Positions 40,843 through 51,144 are shown, numbered from the stretch's first letter. The stretch: 64,000 nt of DNA from Myxococcota bacterium (GCA_049322475.1 JBMOQZ010000244.1:21600-85599), one strand, 5' to 3'. The notes: generated by a model from the letters alone, not told the origin. Numbers and translations are program-made.

Positions 40843-42696
40843 CTACTCGGTGGCGGGCGCCCCCAACGTCGTGATCCACGCGGCGACCGCCCGTGCGGTG
40901 TCCTCCGGCTGGGTCTCCGGGGGGTGTCGGCCGCCGGGCACGACCGAGGGTCCGAGGGTCAGCATGGCGACGACGTAGTCGGGATCGAGGCGGTCGCGGG
41001 CGCCGTCGAGCACGGGCCCCTTCATCTCGCCCACGCCCTCGGCCACGTGGCAGGCCGGGCACCCCAGGCTCTGGTACTCGGCGCGTCCGCGCGCGATCGT
41101 CGCCTCGTCGACCGCCCACCCGGTCTCGGCGATGCGGTCGTCGCCCAGGGTCGTCTCGATCCACGCGGCGAGCCTCCGGGACTCCTCTTCGGAGATCCCG
41201 AGCACGGGCATCCGCTCCGCCTGGTCCATGCGGATGGTCACGGGCTCCACGAGGAAGCGCTCGAGCCACTCCCGACGGACGCGCGCCCCCACGCCGTCGA
41301 GGGGCACGCGCGAGATGTCCCCTCCTTCGCCGCCGATCCGGTGGCACACGAGACAGCGGTAACGCTGGATGATCCGGCGAGTCTCGCCGGACGGCAACGA
41401 GGAGCGGGCACCTTCGGGCTGGACGACGTAGTCGGCGGGCGGCGCCTCCTTCCGGAGCGAGGCCAGCGCCACGCCGATCGCGACGGCCTCCTCCTCGCCG
41501 AGGCTCGTGAACGCGGGCATCCGGGCGGGACTGCCGCCCGGGCTGTCGAAGGCGTGCGGATCGCGCGCCTTGCGGGCGATCCACGCGGGCAGGTCCGGCA
41601 GCGCTCCTTCGGCGGCGCGCGGGAGGTCGTCCCGGCGGCGGCTCCCGAGAGACGTGAGTGCCACGCCGATCCGCTGGCGCGCCACGTCGCCGGCGGCGTG
41701 GCAGCCCGCGCAGCCGAGCTCCGCGTACCGGGCGCGCCCCTTTGCGGCGAGGGCGGGGTCGACCGGCGCCTCGAGCGTCGCCCACGGCAGGCCCGCCGTG
41801 TCGGGAACCCACTGCTCGCGTGCGTAGGCCACGACGTCGGCGGCGTCCTGCTCGGAGAGGCGGAACCCGGGCATCCGCGTGTCGGCACGGAGGCGGTGCG
41901 TGTCCATCAGATAGGCGGCCAGCCACCCGGGCGCGAGCTTGGCGCCGGCCGTGGAGAGGTCGGGCGCATGGCCGCCCCCGCGTTCCTCGATGCGGTGGCA
42001 CGTCGCGCAGCGGCGATACGACACCACCCTCCGGCCACGCTCCGCATCGCCCTCGACCCCGAGCGCCTGGACCTCGGGTCCCGGGAGCGAGAACAGGAAC
42101 GCGAGAAGCGCGTCGCGATCGTCCTCGGTGAGCGTGAACACCGGCATGCGGTGGTCCGGGTTGAGCGCGCCCGGGTCGAGCAGCCACGCGCGAACCCAGC
42201 CTGGCGTCACCTTGTCGCGGAGGCCGTCGAGGCGCGGCGCGAAGTCGGGCAACCCGTAGCCGGGGACGTCGTGACAGCCGGCGCACCCGCGCTCGTCCAG
42301 CGCCACCCGCCCGCGGGAGAGGACCGGCGCCCCCTCCACCGAGCTCCCGAGGTGACACCCGCCGCACGCGGCCTCCCGCTCGGCGGCCGAACGGAGCGGC
42401 CACTCCCAGTCCAACGCCGCCTCGTGCGCGCCCTCTTTCGTCGTGGCGAGCCCCTGCCCGCCGTGGCACGGGGTGCAACCGAAGCGCTCGACCGGGTGCT
42501 CGTCCACCCAGTTTCCCGGATGGTCCGCCGCGTCGTGGCACGTCTCGCAGCGGTCCACGACGTCGAGCGCCGCGACGATGCGCTGCTCGACCTCGATCGG
42601 CCGCCGGACCTCGCGGGCGATCGCGGCGCCGACGAAGGCCACGGTGGCGCCGAGCGAACCGACGAAGAGGACGTCCAGCCAGCGAGGGTGTGTCAT
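40843..42696 (-). CDS. Membrane-anchored octaheme cytochrome c
   Basis: N-terminal TM; 8 CxxCH motifs (CETCH, CTPCH, CGGCH, CAGCH, CATCH, CAGCH, CLVCH, CPACH). Confidence 0.92.
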   Translation of the reverse strand: MTHPRWLDVLFVGSLGATVAFVGAAIAREVRRPIEVEQRIVAALDVVDRCETCHDAADHPGNWVDEHPVERFGCTPCHGGQGLATTKEGAHEAALDWEWPLRSAAEREAACGGCHLGSSVEGAPVLSRGRVALDERGCAGCHDVPGYGLPDFAPRLDGLRDKVTPGWVRAWLLDPGALNPDHRMPVFTLTEDDRDALLAFLFSLPGPEVQALGVEGDAERGRRVVSYRRCATCHRIEERGGGHAPDLSTAGAKLAPGWLAAYLMDTHRLRADTRMPGFRLSEQDAADVVAYAREQWVPDTAGLPWATLEAPVDPALAAKGRARYAELGCAGCHAAGDVARQRIGVALTSLGSRRRDDLPRAAEGALPDLPAWIARKARDPHAFDSPGGSPARMPAFTSLGEEEAVAIGVALASLRKEAPPADYVVQPEGARSSLPSGETRRIIQRYRCLVCHRIGGEGGDISRVPLDGVGARVRREWLERFLVEPVTIRMDQAERMPVLGISEEESRRLAAWIETTLGDDRIAETGWAVDEATIARGRAEYQSLGCPACHVAEGVGEMKGPVLDGARDRLDPDYVVAMLTLGPSVVPGGRHPPETQPEDTARAVAAWITTLGAPATE

Positions 42697-43838
42697 GGCG
42701 GCCACCACATCAGCGCCCAGGCCGGGCCGCGGAAGAAGGTCCCGAGGATGGTCACGGCGACGAAGAAGAGCCCGATGGCCACGAAGACGGCGCACGCGAC
42801 GCGTCGTTCGCGGGGCCAGTAGCGGCCGAGCCCGCCCGCGTGGCGGTCGAAGTACGGCAGCGCGCAGAGGACCGCGACGGTCGCGCCGGGCACGAACACG
42901 CCGCCCCAGAACGCATGGTAGTGCGCGAGCTCCTGGATGCCGAGGAAGTACCAGGGCGCCTTCGCCGGGTTGGGCGTTCGTGTCGGATCGGCCTCCGGCT
43001 CGAGGGGAGCGTCGAAGGCGAAGGAGATCGCGAGCAGCGCGGCGACGACGAAGAACGCGACTGCGAGCTCGCGGTAGACGAGGTGCGGCCACGCGGGGAC
43101 GAGCCTCCCTTCGCCCGTGGGCTGGTTGGGAGCGTGCTCTGAGGTCACGAGCCCCCCGTCCCTGCGCACCCGGTACACGTGAAAGCACAGCAGCGCGCCC
43201 AGGACGCCCGGCAGCACGACGCAATGGAGCACGTAGAAGCGCAAGAGCGCCGCTTCGCCCACGACGTGATCGCCGAGCAGCAGCAGCGCGGCCGGCTCGC
43301 CGAGCACCGGCACCGACGCGACCATCTTCGAGCCCACGGTCACGGCCCAGAAGGCGAGCTGGTCCCACGGCAGGAGGTACCCCGTGAACGACAGCGCGAG
43401 CGTGAGCACCCAGAGCCCGACGCCTGCGACCCAGTTGGCCTCGCGCGGCGCCTTGTAGCCGGCAGACAGGTACACGCGGACCATGTGCAGCGTGACGAGC
43501 GCGACCATCCCGTGCGCCGCCCAGCGGTGGAGGTTTCGCGTCAGCATGCCGAACGGCACGACGAAGGCGAGATCCTTCATCGACCGATAGGCCGCGTCCG
43601 GGTGCGGCACGTAGTAGAACATCAGGTAGAAGCCGGTGACGACGAGCTCGCCGACCAGCACGAGCGAGACGAAGCCGAGCGCCCACGTGGCCATGAACGT
43701 CAGCGAGGAAGGACGTACCTTCGGCGCATGCAGGTGGAGCACGAACGAGGAGCGCATGGCGAGGAGCGCCTTCCGGTCGTCCCCCGGCCACCCGACGCGG
43801 AAGATCGAGTCGCGCACGCGAGTCCAGAGGGTCCGCAC
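42693..43838 (-). CDS. Cytochrome b (b6 + subunit IV type, single chain)
   Basis: LHRWAAH...LH, FTGYLLPWDQ, RFYVLH...FH, AKAPWYF. Confidence 0.95.
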   Translation of the reverse strand: MRTLWTRVRDSIFRVGWPGDDRKALLAMRSSFVLHLHAPKVRPSSLTFMATWALGFVSLVLVGELVVTGFYLMFYYVPHPDAAYRSMKDLAFVVPFGMLTRNLHRWAAHGMVALVTLHMVRVYLSAGYKAPREANWVAGVGLWVLTLALSFTGYLLPWDQLAFWAVTVGSKMVASVPVLGEPAALLLLGDHVVGEAALLRFYVLHCVVLPGVLGALLCFHVYRVRRDGGLVTSEHAPNQPTGEGRLVPAWPHLVYRELAVAFFVVAALLAISFAFDAPLEPEADPTRTPNPAKAPWYFLGIQELAHYHAFWGGVFVPGATVAVLCALPYFDRHAGGLGRYWPRERRVACAVFVAIGLFFVAVTILGTFFRGPAWALMWWPP

Positions 43839-43841
43839 GGC

Positions 43842-44291
43842 CTACGCCTCCTCCAGGCGATCGTCCTCGTCGACCTCCCGGGCGAGGTCGACGACGAGGC
43901 GTCCGCGCTTGTCCACCTCGAGCGCGTGGAACGCGAGTGAATTGGGCGCGGGCCCGGCAATCACGCGACCTTCGCGGTCGTACCGGCTGCCGTGACAGGG
44001 GCAGGTGAACCCGTCTTTCTCCGGGTTCTCGCGCACCGTGCACCCGAGGTGGGTGCACGTCGCGGAGAGCGCGCGGAGGCCCTTCCCGTCGCGCATCACG
44101 AACACCTTGGCGTCGTCCACGAACTCCGTCGCGCCGGGTGCGAAGCGGTCCGGCTCGCCCAGCACCCGCCTGGCAGGAGGGCCGTAGGACACGGGCGCCC
44201 GGGCGAACCGGACCGAGGACCACAGGGCCTCCAGCGCGAGGACGGCGAACCCGCCGGCGCCGAACCGACGCACGAAGTTGCGCCGGTTCAT
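43842..44291 (-). CDS. Rieske 2Fe-2S protein
   Basis: Tat NRRNF; CTHLGC and CPCHGS. Confidence 0.96.
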   Translation of the reverse strand: MNRRNFVRRFGAGGFAVLALEALWSSVRFARAPVSYGPPARRVLGEPDRFAPGATEFVDDAKVFVMRDGKGLRALSATCTHLGCTVRENPEKDGFTCPCHGSRYDREGRVIAGPAPNSLAFHALEVDKRGRLVVDLAREVDEDDRLEEA

Positions 44292-44347
44292 CGGGTCGCT
44301 CCGGCGTATGGGGGTGTGATCAGGACGTGCATGGGACCCTCCTCGAG

Positions 44348-45664
44348 TCAGAACGCGACGGCGTACTCAATCGCGGCGAAGCGGAACCCCGCCGCCTCGC
44401 CGGGCTCGGCCCCGAGCCCGGCCATCGCCCGGACGAGGACGTTGGGGCGCACGACCGCGTTCGCCACGGCGAGGCCGAGCCAGTCGGCGCCCCCTTCGTC
44501 GATCCGCCGCACCTCGAGGCGCGCCGTAGGGAACACCACCGGCGTGGCCACCCACGACACCTCGGCGTAGAGCTGGTCCGCATCGACCGGGAGACCGTCG
44601 TCCGCCGCGGTGTGGCTCTCGCGGGCGACGACCACGTCGACGAGCAGGTCGCCGAGCGCCGCGTGGGCGTCGACGCCGAGGCGCAGGATCTCATCGTCCG
44701 CGAATTGGACGACCTCTCGCCCGCTCCACGCCGACGCGCCGACCGTGAGGCTCACCTCGCGCCAGGCGGCCGTGCCGGCGACACCGCCGGAGCCGTCCAG
44801 CGGCATCCCGCCGATCTTGACCTCCGCACGCCCCCACGCGTCCTTCGCGAGGAAGGTCGCCGGGGTCGTGTTCTCCACGACCCCCGCCGTCCATCCGATC
44901 CGCCTGGCGGCGACGCCCGACAGCTCGAGCCCGTTCCGGTACGGCTCGACCGCGAACGTCGCGTCGCCGACGGGCTGGGTCGTGAGCCTCAGCAGGTGCC
45001 CGGTGAGCCCGCGGTGGATGGTGACCCCATGGACGTCGGGCTCGAAGCGTCCGACGCGGACGAGGAGCGTCGAGGGCCGGGCGAGCGGCGTGAACACGAC
45101 GTTCGCGCGCTCGGCCTCGATCGCCTCGTGTCCGCCGACGTTGACGGCGGCGAAGAAGGACACGTGGTCGCCCAGCACGCCACCGGCGCGCAGGCCGAGG
45201 GACTCCACCGCCTGCGAGAGGTCGAGCTCCGCCTCGGCGACGTCCTCCATGTCCTCGTGCGCACCCCCGGACGACTCCGTGGAAGAGACCTCCTCGTCGC
45301 CGTGCGACATCGCCTCGAAGGCGCTCCCGTACTGTACCTTCCCGGCGATCGTGACCGAGAGTGGCAGCCTCCCGGGGATCTGCCCGGGCCAGACGGCCGC
45401 CGGCCACCGCTCCGCCTGCGCATCGTTCCCGAGCGGGACGGGCTCCTCCTTCTCCGAGACGGCGTCGCCATCCTCCGGGAAGTGGTATGCGTTGCGCCGG
45501 AACGCCTCGCCGAAAGGGGTGAGCTTGGGGTATGCGAGGTGACAGGTCTGGCAACTGGTCTCGTAGCGGCGCGCGAACGCAGGGATCGCCCACGCGCGTT
45601 CCGGCGCCACGAAAATCGCCAACGTCACGAGGCACAGACCCCATCGGCCGATCGCGCGGATCAC
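44348..45664 (-). CDS. Cyc2-like outer-membrane cytochrome-porin fusion
   Basis: Signal peptide AWA|[34 protein letters not shown]; beta-strand-rich body ending in F; GGGAG RBS before GTG. Confidence 0.75.
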   Translation of the reverse strand: MIRAIGRWGLCLVTLAIFVAPERAWAIPAFARRYETSCQTCHLAYPKLTPFGEAFRRNAYHFPEDGDAVSEKEEPVPLGNDAQAERWPAAVWPGQIPGRLPLSVTIAGKVQYGSAFEAMSHGDEEVSSTESSGGAHEDMEDVAEAELDLSQAVESLGLRAGGVLGDHVSFFAAVNVGGHEAIEAERANVVFTPLARPSTLLVRVGRFEPDVHGVTIHRGLTGHLLRLTTQPVGDATFAVEPYRNGLELSGVAARRIGWTAGVVENTTPATFLAKDAWGRAEVKIGGMPLDGSGGVAGTAAWREVSLTVGASAWSGREVVQFADDEILRLGVDAHAALGDLLVDVVVARESHTAADDGLPVDADQLYAEVSWVATPVVFPTARLEVRRIDEGGADWLGLAVANAVVRPNVLVRAMAGLGAEPGEAAGFRFAAIEYAVAF

Positions 45665-45734
45665 GGTGGTCTCCCTTGTTTGGTCGGCGACGGTATCCGG
45701 GACCCGGCGGCGCACACGTCAGCCGAACTGCGCT

Positions 45735-45782
45735 GTGGCCCACAACGTCACGACGGGACCGGCACGTGACGAAGACAGTCAC
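45735..45782. promoter_or_regulatory. Tandem GTGAC-N7-GTCAC-type palindromes upstream of the cyc2-like operon
   Basis: GTGGC-ccacaac-GTCAC (45735) and GTGAC-gaagaca-GTCAC (45766), 31 bp apart. Confidence 0.55.
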
Positions 45783-45868
45783 AGGCCTTCCGGCCGAATC
45801 CGTGACACATTCTCGACGCGCGGCTCCGCCGAGTGGCTGCTACCTTGCCGCGCGACCGGGAGGCCGAC

Positions 45869-46354
45869 GTGAGAATCCTTCTATGGGCCCTCGCCGCGGG
45901 ATGCGCCGCGCGCGAGGCCGACACGAAGACGGACGAGGGCGCCGAAGCAGGCGCGCCCGCTTTCGAGGCGGAGGTCGGCGACACCCTCGCCGGGCCCGGG
46001 TGGTTTCACACCGAGTCCGACGCTCGCTGGGGCGCCGAGGGCGCGTGGGCCCGGCGGGAGCGGCCGGCCGGGGCGTCCGAGGACGTCCTCGCCGTGTCGA
46101 TCGGTGGGCGGACGAGCGCGGGGGACGTGCTCGTCCTCCAGCTCGTCGCGGCGGCGTCCGCCTGGCGCGAGGGCGGCGTCGCGCTGGACGGCGAGGCGGC
46201 CGCCGGAGTCCTCGGCCGGGTCGAGGACGCCGGGGTGGTCCCGCTCGCGTACCTCGTGGGCGGGGAGATCGAGGTGGACGCCGACGGCGCCGAAGACGGT
46301 GACACCGTCCGCGGCGAGCTCTCGGACGTCGCGCTCGCGGAGGTGACGCCATGA
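45869..46354 (+). CDS. Hypothetical lipoprotein
   Basis: GGGAGG RBS, AAGC lipobox. Confidence 0.7.
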   Translation: MRILLWALAAGCAAREADTKTDEGAEAGAPAFEAEVGDTLAGPGWFHTESDARWGAEGAWARRERPAGASEDVLAVSIGGRTSAGDVLVLQLVAAASAWREGGVALDGEAAAGVLGRVEDAGVVPLAYLVGGEIEVDADGAEDGDTVRGELSDVALAEVTP

Positions 46355-47487
46355 CGGGCCTCCTCCTCCTCCTCGGAGCGGCGCCCTGGCCGCCCCCGAC
46401 GGACACCCCCCTCTGCGGCCACGGGCTCGAGGCCTCGGTGTGGCTCCGCGAGCGCACGCTGCGCCCGCCGGCACCGCCCCCGAGCAGCTCCCGGGGCCTC
46501 CCGAGCGCTTTCTCCGTCGAGCGCCGCGGCGATCTCGTGGTGATGCGCGACATGGCCGGCGACGCGTTCGGCCGGGACGGGCTCGGCTACGAGGGGATGT
46601 ACGACGCGCTCGTGTACTTCTACGAGCTCTTCCCCGACGAGTTCGACTTCGTCACCGTGATCACGAACCAGGACTCGACGTACGGGATGGGCGCGTTCGC
46701 GTTCTACAGCCCGCTCGCGAACGACGCGCGCGGCATCGGCGACCGGATCTACGACTCGGGGATGACGGTCCAGGGGCTGCTCTTCATGAACGCGTGGCAG
46801 TACTGGTCCGGCCAGAGCGACACGTTCACCTCCGCGGTGTTCGGGCAGGAGCTGGGCCACCGGTGGGGCTCCTACGTCCACTACGACCTCGGCGACGGCG
46901 ATCGCGACGACATTCTCGGCCGCGACGACGGCCACTGGTCTTACTGGCTCGAGACGTCCAACTCGCCGATGGAGGGCAACACGTGGACGGACAACGGCGA
47001 CGGCACGTTCACGCTGGACGCCGGCGAGGAGGTCGCCTACTCGGACCTCGACCTCTACCTCATGGGCCTGATCGGGCCCGAGGACGTCGCTCCTTTCTAC
47101 CTGATCGCGGATCCCTCGGGCCTCGCCCGCAACGCGTCGTCGTCGCCCGAATACTACGCCTCCGGGCGCGACCAGACGGCGAGCGGGACGCGCGTGGACA
47201 TCACCATCGACGACGTGATCCGCGCCGAGGGCGCGCGCGACCCGGCGGCCGGTGAGGCGCAGACCGCGTTCCGCATGGCGGTCGTGCTCGTGCTGGCGGA
47301 CGACGAGCAGCCGGACGACGAGGCGGTCGAAGGCGCCGACGAGGCGCGCGCGCGCTTCGTGGAGGTGTGGGAGGAGGACACGCTCGGCCTCGCCACGCTG
47401 GACACGAGCCTCGGCGACACGGTCGTCGATCCGCTCGCGCCCGACCTGTTCGCGGGGCCGCTGGTGGTGCCGAAGGCGGCCTGGTAG
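46351..47487 (+). CDS. Secreted zincin-like protein with a QExxH variant motif
   Basis: GQELGHRWG...GHWS...SPMEG...YSDLDLYLMG. Confidence 0.7.
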   Translation: MTGLLLLLGAAPWPPPTDTPLCGHGLEASVWLRERTLRPPAPPPSSSRGLPSAFSVERRGDLVVMRDMAGDAFGRDGLGYEGMYDALVYFYELFPDEFDFVTVITNQDSTYGMGAFAFYSPLANDARGIGDRIYDSGMTVQGLLFMNAWQYWSGQSDTFTSAVFGQELGHRWGSYVHYDLGDGDRDDILGRDDGHWSYWLETSNSPMEGNTWTDNGDGTFTLDAGEEVAYSDLDLYLMGLIGPEDVAPFYLIADPSGLARNASSSPEYYASGRDQTASGTRVDITIDDVIRAEGARDPAAGEAQTAFRMAVVLVLADDEQPDDEAVEGADEARARFVEVWEEDTLGLATLDTSLGDTVVDPLAPDLFAGPLVVPKAAW

Positions 47488-47519
47488 GCGCCCGCGCGAT
47501 AGCAGGCCGCCCGCCGGAG

Positions 47520-47717
47520 GTGCCCGTGCTCCTCGTCTTCCTCTCGGAGGGCGGGACCGACGACGAGCCCGGCCTGAAGGACACGGTGCTCGTCCCCGGA
47601 GGCGGCGGGGCGACGCTCTACACGGAGCTCGACAACCCGGGCCGCTGGATGGCCCACTGCCACATCCTCGAGCACGCCGAGCTGGGGATGATGACGGAGC
47701 TCGACGTCGCCGAGTGA
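47520..47717 (+). pseudogene. Multicopper oxidase C-terminal remnant
   Basis: KDTVLV...DNPGRWMAHCHILEHAELGMM only; rest of the gene absent. Confidence 0.8.
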
Positions 47718-49490
47718 CTACCGCGTCCCGATCAGCCCGAGCACGTCCTGGAACTTCAGGTCGGGTGCCGGGAGGACCGGGCGCCCCCTCCCTTCCCGGG
47801 CGATCCTCGCCTGCAGCGCGGTCGCCAGCATCGCGTCCGCCCCCGCGTACGTCCCTTCTGCCTCGAGGCTGGCGAGCGCGCGCTCGAAGGCAGCGAGGGC
47901 GGCCGGCGGGTCGCGACGCGCCCTGGCGAGCTCGCCCGCGAGCACCTCAGCGAGCGTGACGTGGTGGTACGCGAGCGGGCGTGACCTCGCCGCGGCGAGG
48001 TCCTCCGTCGCCGCCCCGGTGTCGCCGATCGACGCCCCCAGCCATGCGCGCATGAGCAACACTCCCCCGTCCTGCGTGTCGAGCGCGCGGAGACGCTCCC
48101 ACGCCCCGCGCGCGTCGTCCGCGTCGATCAGCGCGGACATCGCGGCGACGTACCCCGCCGCGACCGGCTCCAGCGCGGGATCAGGGGCGAAGGCCACGGA
48201 CCCGAGCGTGACCCCTCCGGGAGTGAAGCCGTCGCGGAAGCGGATCCCGAAGAACGGCGCCAGCGGCGCGGGCGTGCGGCCGTCGAGGTGGGGCTCGGCG
48301 ATCCACAGGTCATGGTCGCCGCCGGGTCGGGTCACGACGACCACGCTCTGCGACGTGTCCGGTGAGACGATCGTGTTCGGGCTGACCGCCCGGTCCTCCC
48401 CGAGCGCGGTGTCGAAGCGGTCCCGCAAGATCGCGACCGCCTCGGCGAGGCCGAGCCGTCCGCCGAGGCCTTCGAGCAGGGTCCGCGCGCGGTCGTACCG
48501 GCGGTGCGCGCCCTCCACGGGGCCGCGGACGGGCGCGAACTCGCGCGCCCGCATCGCCTCGTCGAGGTAGAAGTTCGTCGCCACGGACTCGCCCCGCAGC
48601 GCCCGGACCTCGCGCTGGGTGATGCCCACGACCGCTCGCTCGCCGCTCGGGTCGGAGAGCACGAGCGTCCACGCCCCGAGCGTGCGGGTCCCTTCGAGGA
48701 GGTCGACGGCGCGGGCGACGTCCGGGGCGTGCCGCAGGAGGCGCTCCACCACGGCGTAGATCGACGTGCCGACCTGCCGCCGCGGGCCCAGCCAGGCGCT
48801 CGACAAGAGCGTGAGCATGCTCATGCGCGAACGGCCGTCGAGGATCGCCACGTCGCGCGACGCGTTGAGGTGCGTGGTCACCACGAGCCCGGGCTCGTTC
48901 ACCGACGTCGAGCCCCCGAAGAGCTCGCCGACCGTCCCGAGGCTGGCGTAGCGGAAGCCCGACGATCGCCCCTCCGCGTCGCGCGGATCGACGAAGACGA
49001 CGGTGGCGTTCGGCTGCCAGTAGTCCATGCCCCAGTAGTCGAAGTTGCGCGCGTGTACGGTCGCGTCGCCCTCCCGTCCCACGACGGACGTACATCGCGA
49101 CGCCGTCGCGATCAGCAGGCCCGGGCCCACCGAGGAGAGCTCCGTGATCCAGGCCCAGTCCTCCCATGTCCCCGGCGCCAGGCCGAGCGTCGCCTCGAAG
49201 GAGGCCGCACGCGCACGGGTCGGCTGATCGAAAGCCTCGGGGTAGCGGCGCGCGTGTGCACGGAGGATCCCGCCGAACACCCCCGGCAGCTCGTCCCACA
49301 TGCGACGCATCATCGGTACGTACCGGGTGGACAGCTCGGGCCGGAGCAGCTCCGCGTACAGGCGCCCGACGTCGGCGTCGTCGCCGTGCAGGTCGAGGAG
49401 GACGTGGCCGTGTTGCTCCTCGCGGCAGCCCCACCCGTCGGGGCCTTCGGCCTCTCCGATACAGACGGCGGGGGGCAGGTCGGGTGACAA
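47718..49490 (-). CDS. C45-family (Ntn-hydrolase) peptidase/acyltransferase with TPR-like tail
   Basis: Autocleavage site RCTSVV, HARNFDY, VNEPGL, ATN. Confidence 0.8.
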   Translation of the reverse strand: MSPDLPPAVCIGEAEGPDGWGCREEQHGHVLLDLHGDDADVGRLYAELLRPELSTRYVPMMRRMWDELPGVFGGILRAHARRYPEAFDQPTRARAASFEATLGLAPGTWEDWAWITELSSVGPGLLIATASRCTSVVGREGDATVHARNFDYWGMDYWQPNATVVFVDPRDAEGRSSGFRYASLGTVGELFGGSTSVNEPGLVVTTHLNASRDVAILDGRSRMSMLTLLSSAWLGPRRQVGTSIYAVVERLLRHAPDVARAVDLLEGTRTLGAWTLVLSDPSGERAVVGITQREVRALRGESVATNFYLDEAMRAREFAPVRGPVEGAHRRYDRARTLLEGLGGRLGLAEAVAILRDRFDTALGEDRAVSPNTIVSPDTSQSVVVVTRPGGDHDLWIAEPHLDGRTPAPLAPFFGIRFRDGFTPGGVTLGSVAFAPDPALEPVAAGYVAAMSALIDADDARGAWERLRALDTQDGGVLLMRAWLGASIGDTGAATEDLAAARSRPLAYHHVTLAEVLAGELARARRDPPAALAAFERALASLEAEGTYAGADAMLATALQARIAREGRGRPVLPAPDLKFQDVLGLIGTR

Positions 49491-49566
49491 GGGAGGTGTC
49501 TACCTCGCGGGCGCGGATGGCGCCCGGGAATGGGAGCACACAGAGGCCTCGCGGTAGGATGCCGCC

Positions 49567-50844
49567 ATGCAACCCGACGCCCTCCGCAGCCTGCTCGCCC
49601 GTTGGCGCGACGACCCCGGCTCGACCTATCGCACCTGGTTCCTCTGGGAGGAGCGGCTCAAGAACTTCCGGTCCATCCGGCGCGGCGTGCAGCTCGTCGT
49701 CGAGGAGATCGGCGCCGGACGCTTCGGCACCGCCTACCGCGGATCCTCCCTGGAGATCGTGGTGGGGTCCATCGCGGAGCAGCGCCAGATGTTCAAGGGG
49801 GCGGACCACGCCTTCCTGTGGAAGCCGAAGCTCCGCATCCCGGACATCTACGAGTCCGCGGACAATCAGCGCGCCTTCGGCCGCTTCCTCGACGCCTGCG
49901 TCTGCTGCGACGGCGAAGCGGGGCTCCTGGCGGCGATCCGCGCGCTCGACACGCGCCGGATCAAGGGCCTCGGACCGGCGGCGTCGAACCTGCTGTACTT
50001 CCTCCACCCGACCCACGTCCCGCCCTTCAACACCGCGATCGTGAACGGTTACAACGCGCTCACCGGCGCGCGGGTGAAGCTCGGGTCCTGGGAGGAGTAC
50101 CTCGCGATGCGGGCGGGGATGCTCCGCATGAACACGGAGCACCGAGGGCTCCTGTCGAACGACCTCGGCGCCGTCGCGGGCTTCTGCTTCGACGTCGGGA
50201 GCGGGCGTTACCCGGCCCCCCCGCACGACGACGACGCGGGCGCGCGGGCGGCGTGGGAGCGCGACCTCGCGTGTGTCCGGGAGGAGGGGGACCGCGAACG
50301 AAAGCGTGCCCTCGCCGAGCGTGAGAGTGACCGGACTCACACCGAGGTGCAGGCCTGGCTCCGGGATCTCGGGCACGCGCTCGGGTTCGACGTGTGGGTC
50401 GCCGCGAACGACCGGAGCCGCCCCTGGGCGGACGGCAAGCTCGGGGACGGCTGCGTCGCGGAGCTGCCCGCCGCGCTCGCGCGCATGCCCGGCGCCGACG
50501 CGGTGCGCCTCATCGACGTCCTCTGGCTCGAGCGGGGCGCCGACCGCGTGGCCGCCGCGTTCGAGGTCGAGCACACCACCTCGATCTACTCGGGCATCGT
50601 GCGGCTCCTCGACCTCGCGCTCGGCGCCCCGGAGCAGGCCGTACGGGGCCTTTTCCTCGTCGCCCCGGACGCACGGGAGGAGGAGGTGCGCGCCCAAATC
50701 TCACGACCCGCGTTCCGCGCCGTCGGGCACCTCCACGTCCGGTACCTGCCCTACGGCGAGCTCGACAGGAACCGCGCGGCGATGGCCCGCTTCGGGAGCG
50801 GGCTCAAGCCGATCGAGGCGCTGGCGAGGACGCTCGTGGGCTGA
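49567..50844 (+). CDS. Putative restriction endonuclease-like protein (C-terminal PD-(D/E)xK-type domain)
   Basis: IKGLGPA HhH-like motif; HTEVQ...IDVLW...FEVEHTTSIYSG. Confidence 0.7.
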   Translation: MQPDALRSLLARWRDDPGSTYRTWFLWEERLKNFRSIRRGVQLVVEEIGAGRFGTAYRGSSLEIVVGSIAEQRQMFKGADHAFLWKPKLRIPDIYESADNQRAFGRFLDACVCCDGEAGLLAAIRALDTRRIKGLGPAASNLLYFLHPTHVPPFNTAIVNGYNALTGARVKLGSWEEYLAMRAGMLRMNTEHRGLLSNDLGAVAGFCFDVGSGRYPAPPHDDDAGARAAWERDLACVREEGDRERKRALAERESDRTHTEVQAWLRDLGHALGFDVWVAANDRSRPWADGKLGDGCVAELPAALARMPGADAVRLIDVLWLERGADRVAAAFEVEHTTSIYSGIVRLLDLALGAPEQAVRGLFLVAPDAREEEVRAQISRPAFRAVGHLHVRYLPYGELDRNRAAMARFGSGLKPIEALARTLVG

Positions 50845-50855
50845 CGGCCGCCCGG

Positions 50856-51044
50856 TCAGGGCCTCCCGGAGGTCGCGCCCGCCTTCGCGGCGTACCTCGG
50901 GGGGTCCCGATCGAAGGCCTGGATGCAGCCATTCGAACAGAACTGGAACGTCCGGCCGGCGTGCTCGCGCGTGCCCACCGCCCGGTCGGGGTCGATGTCC
51001 ATCCCGCAGACCGGGTCCTTCACCTTCGACTTCACGTCCGCCAT
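50856..51044 (-). CDS. YHS-domain protein
   Basis: DPVCGM...FCSNGC...F..DP.RY; AGGAGG RBS. Confidence 0.92.
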   Translation of the reverse strand: MADVKSKVKDPVCGMDIDPDRAVGTREHAGRTFQFCSNGCIQAFDRDPPRYAAKAGATSGRP

Positions 51045-51127
51045 GTCACCTCCTGTCACGGCTCGGGCATGCCCGAGGCCGACAACATGGCCACCCTCGC
51101 CGAGGAGGCCAGTCCGCCCTTCGGGCT

Positions 51128-51144
51128 GTGACAGCCGGGATCAC
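51128..51144. promoter_or_regulatory. GTGAC-N7-GTCAC-type palindrome between the divergent YHS and multicopper oxidase genes
   Basis: tGTGAC-agccggg-ATCACa. Confidence 0.5.

Noticed and set aside
40843-44223. Single 1126-aa cytochrome ORF
   Set aside because: The upstream part overlaps the real Rieske and cytochrome b genes in other frames; the likely start is 42696
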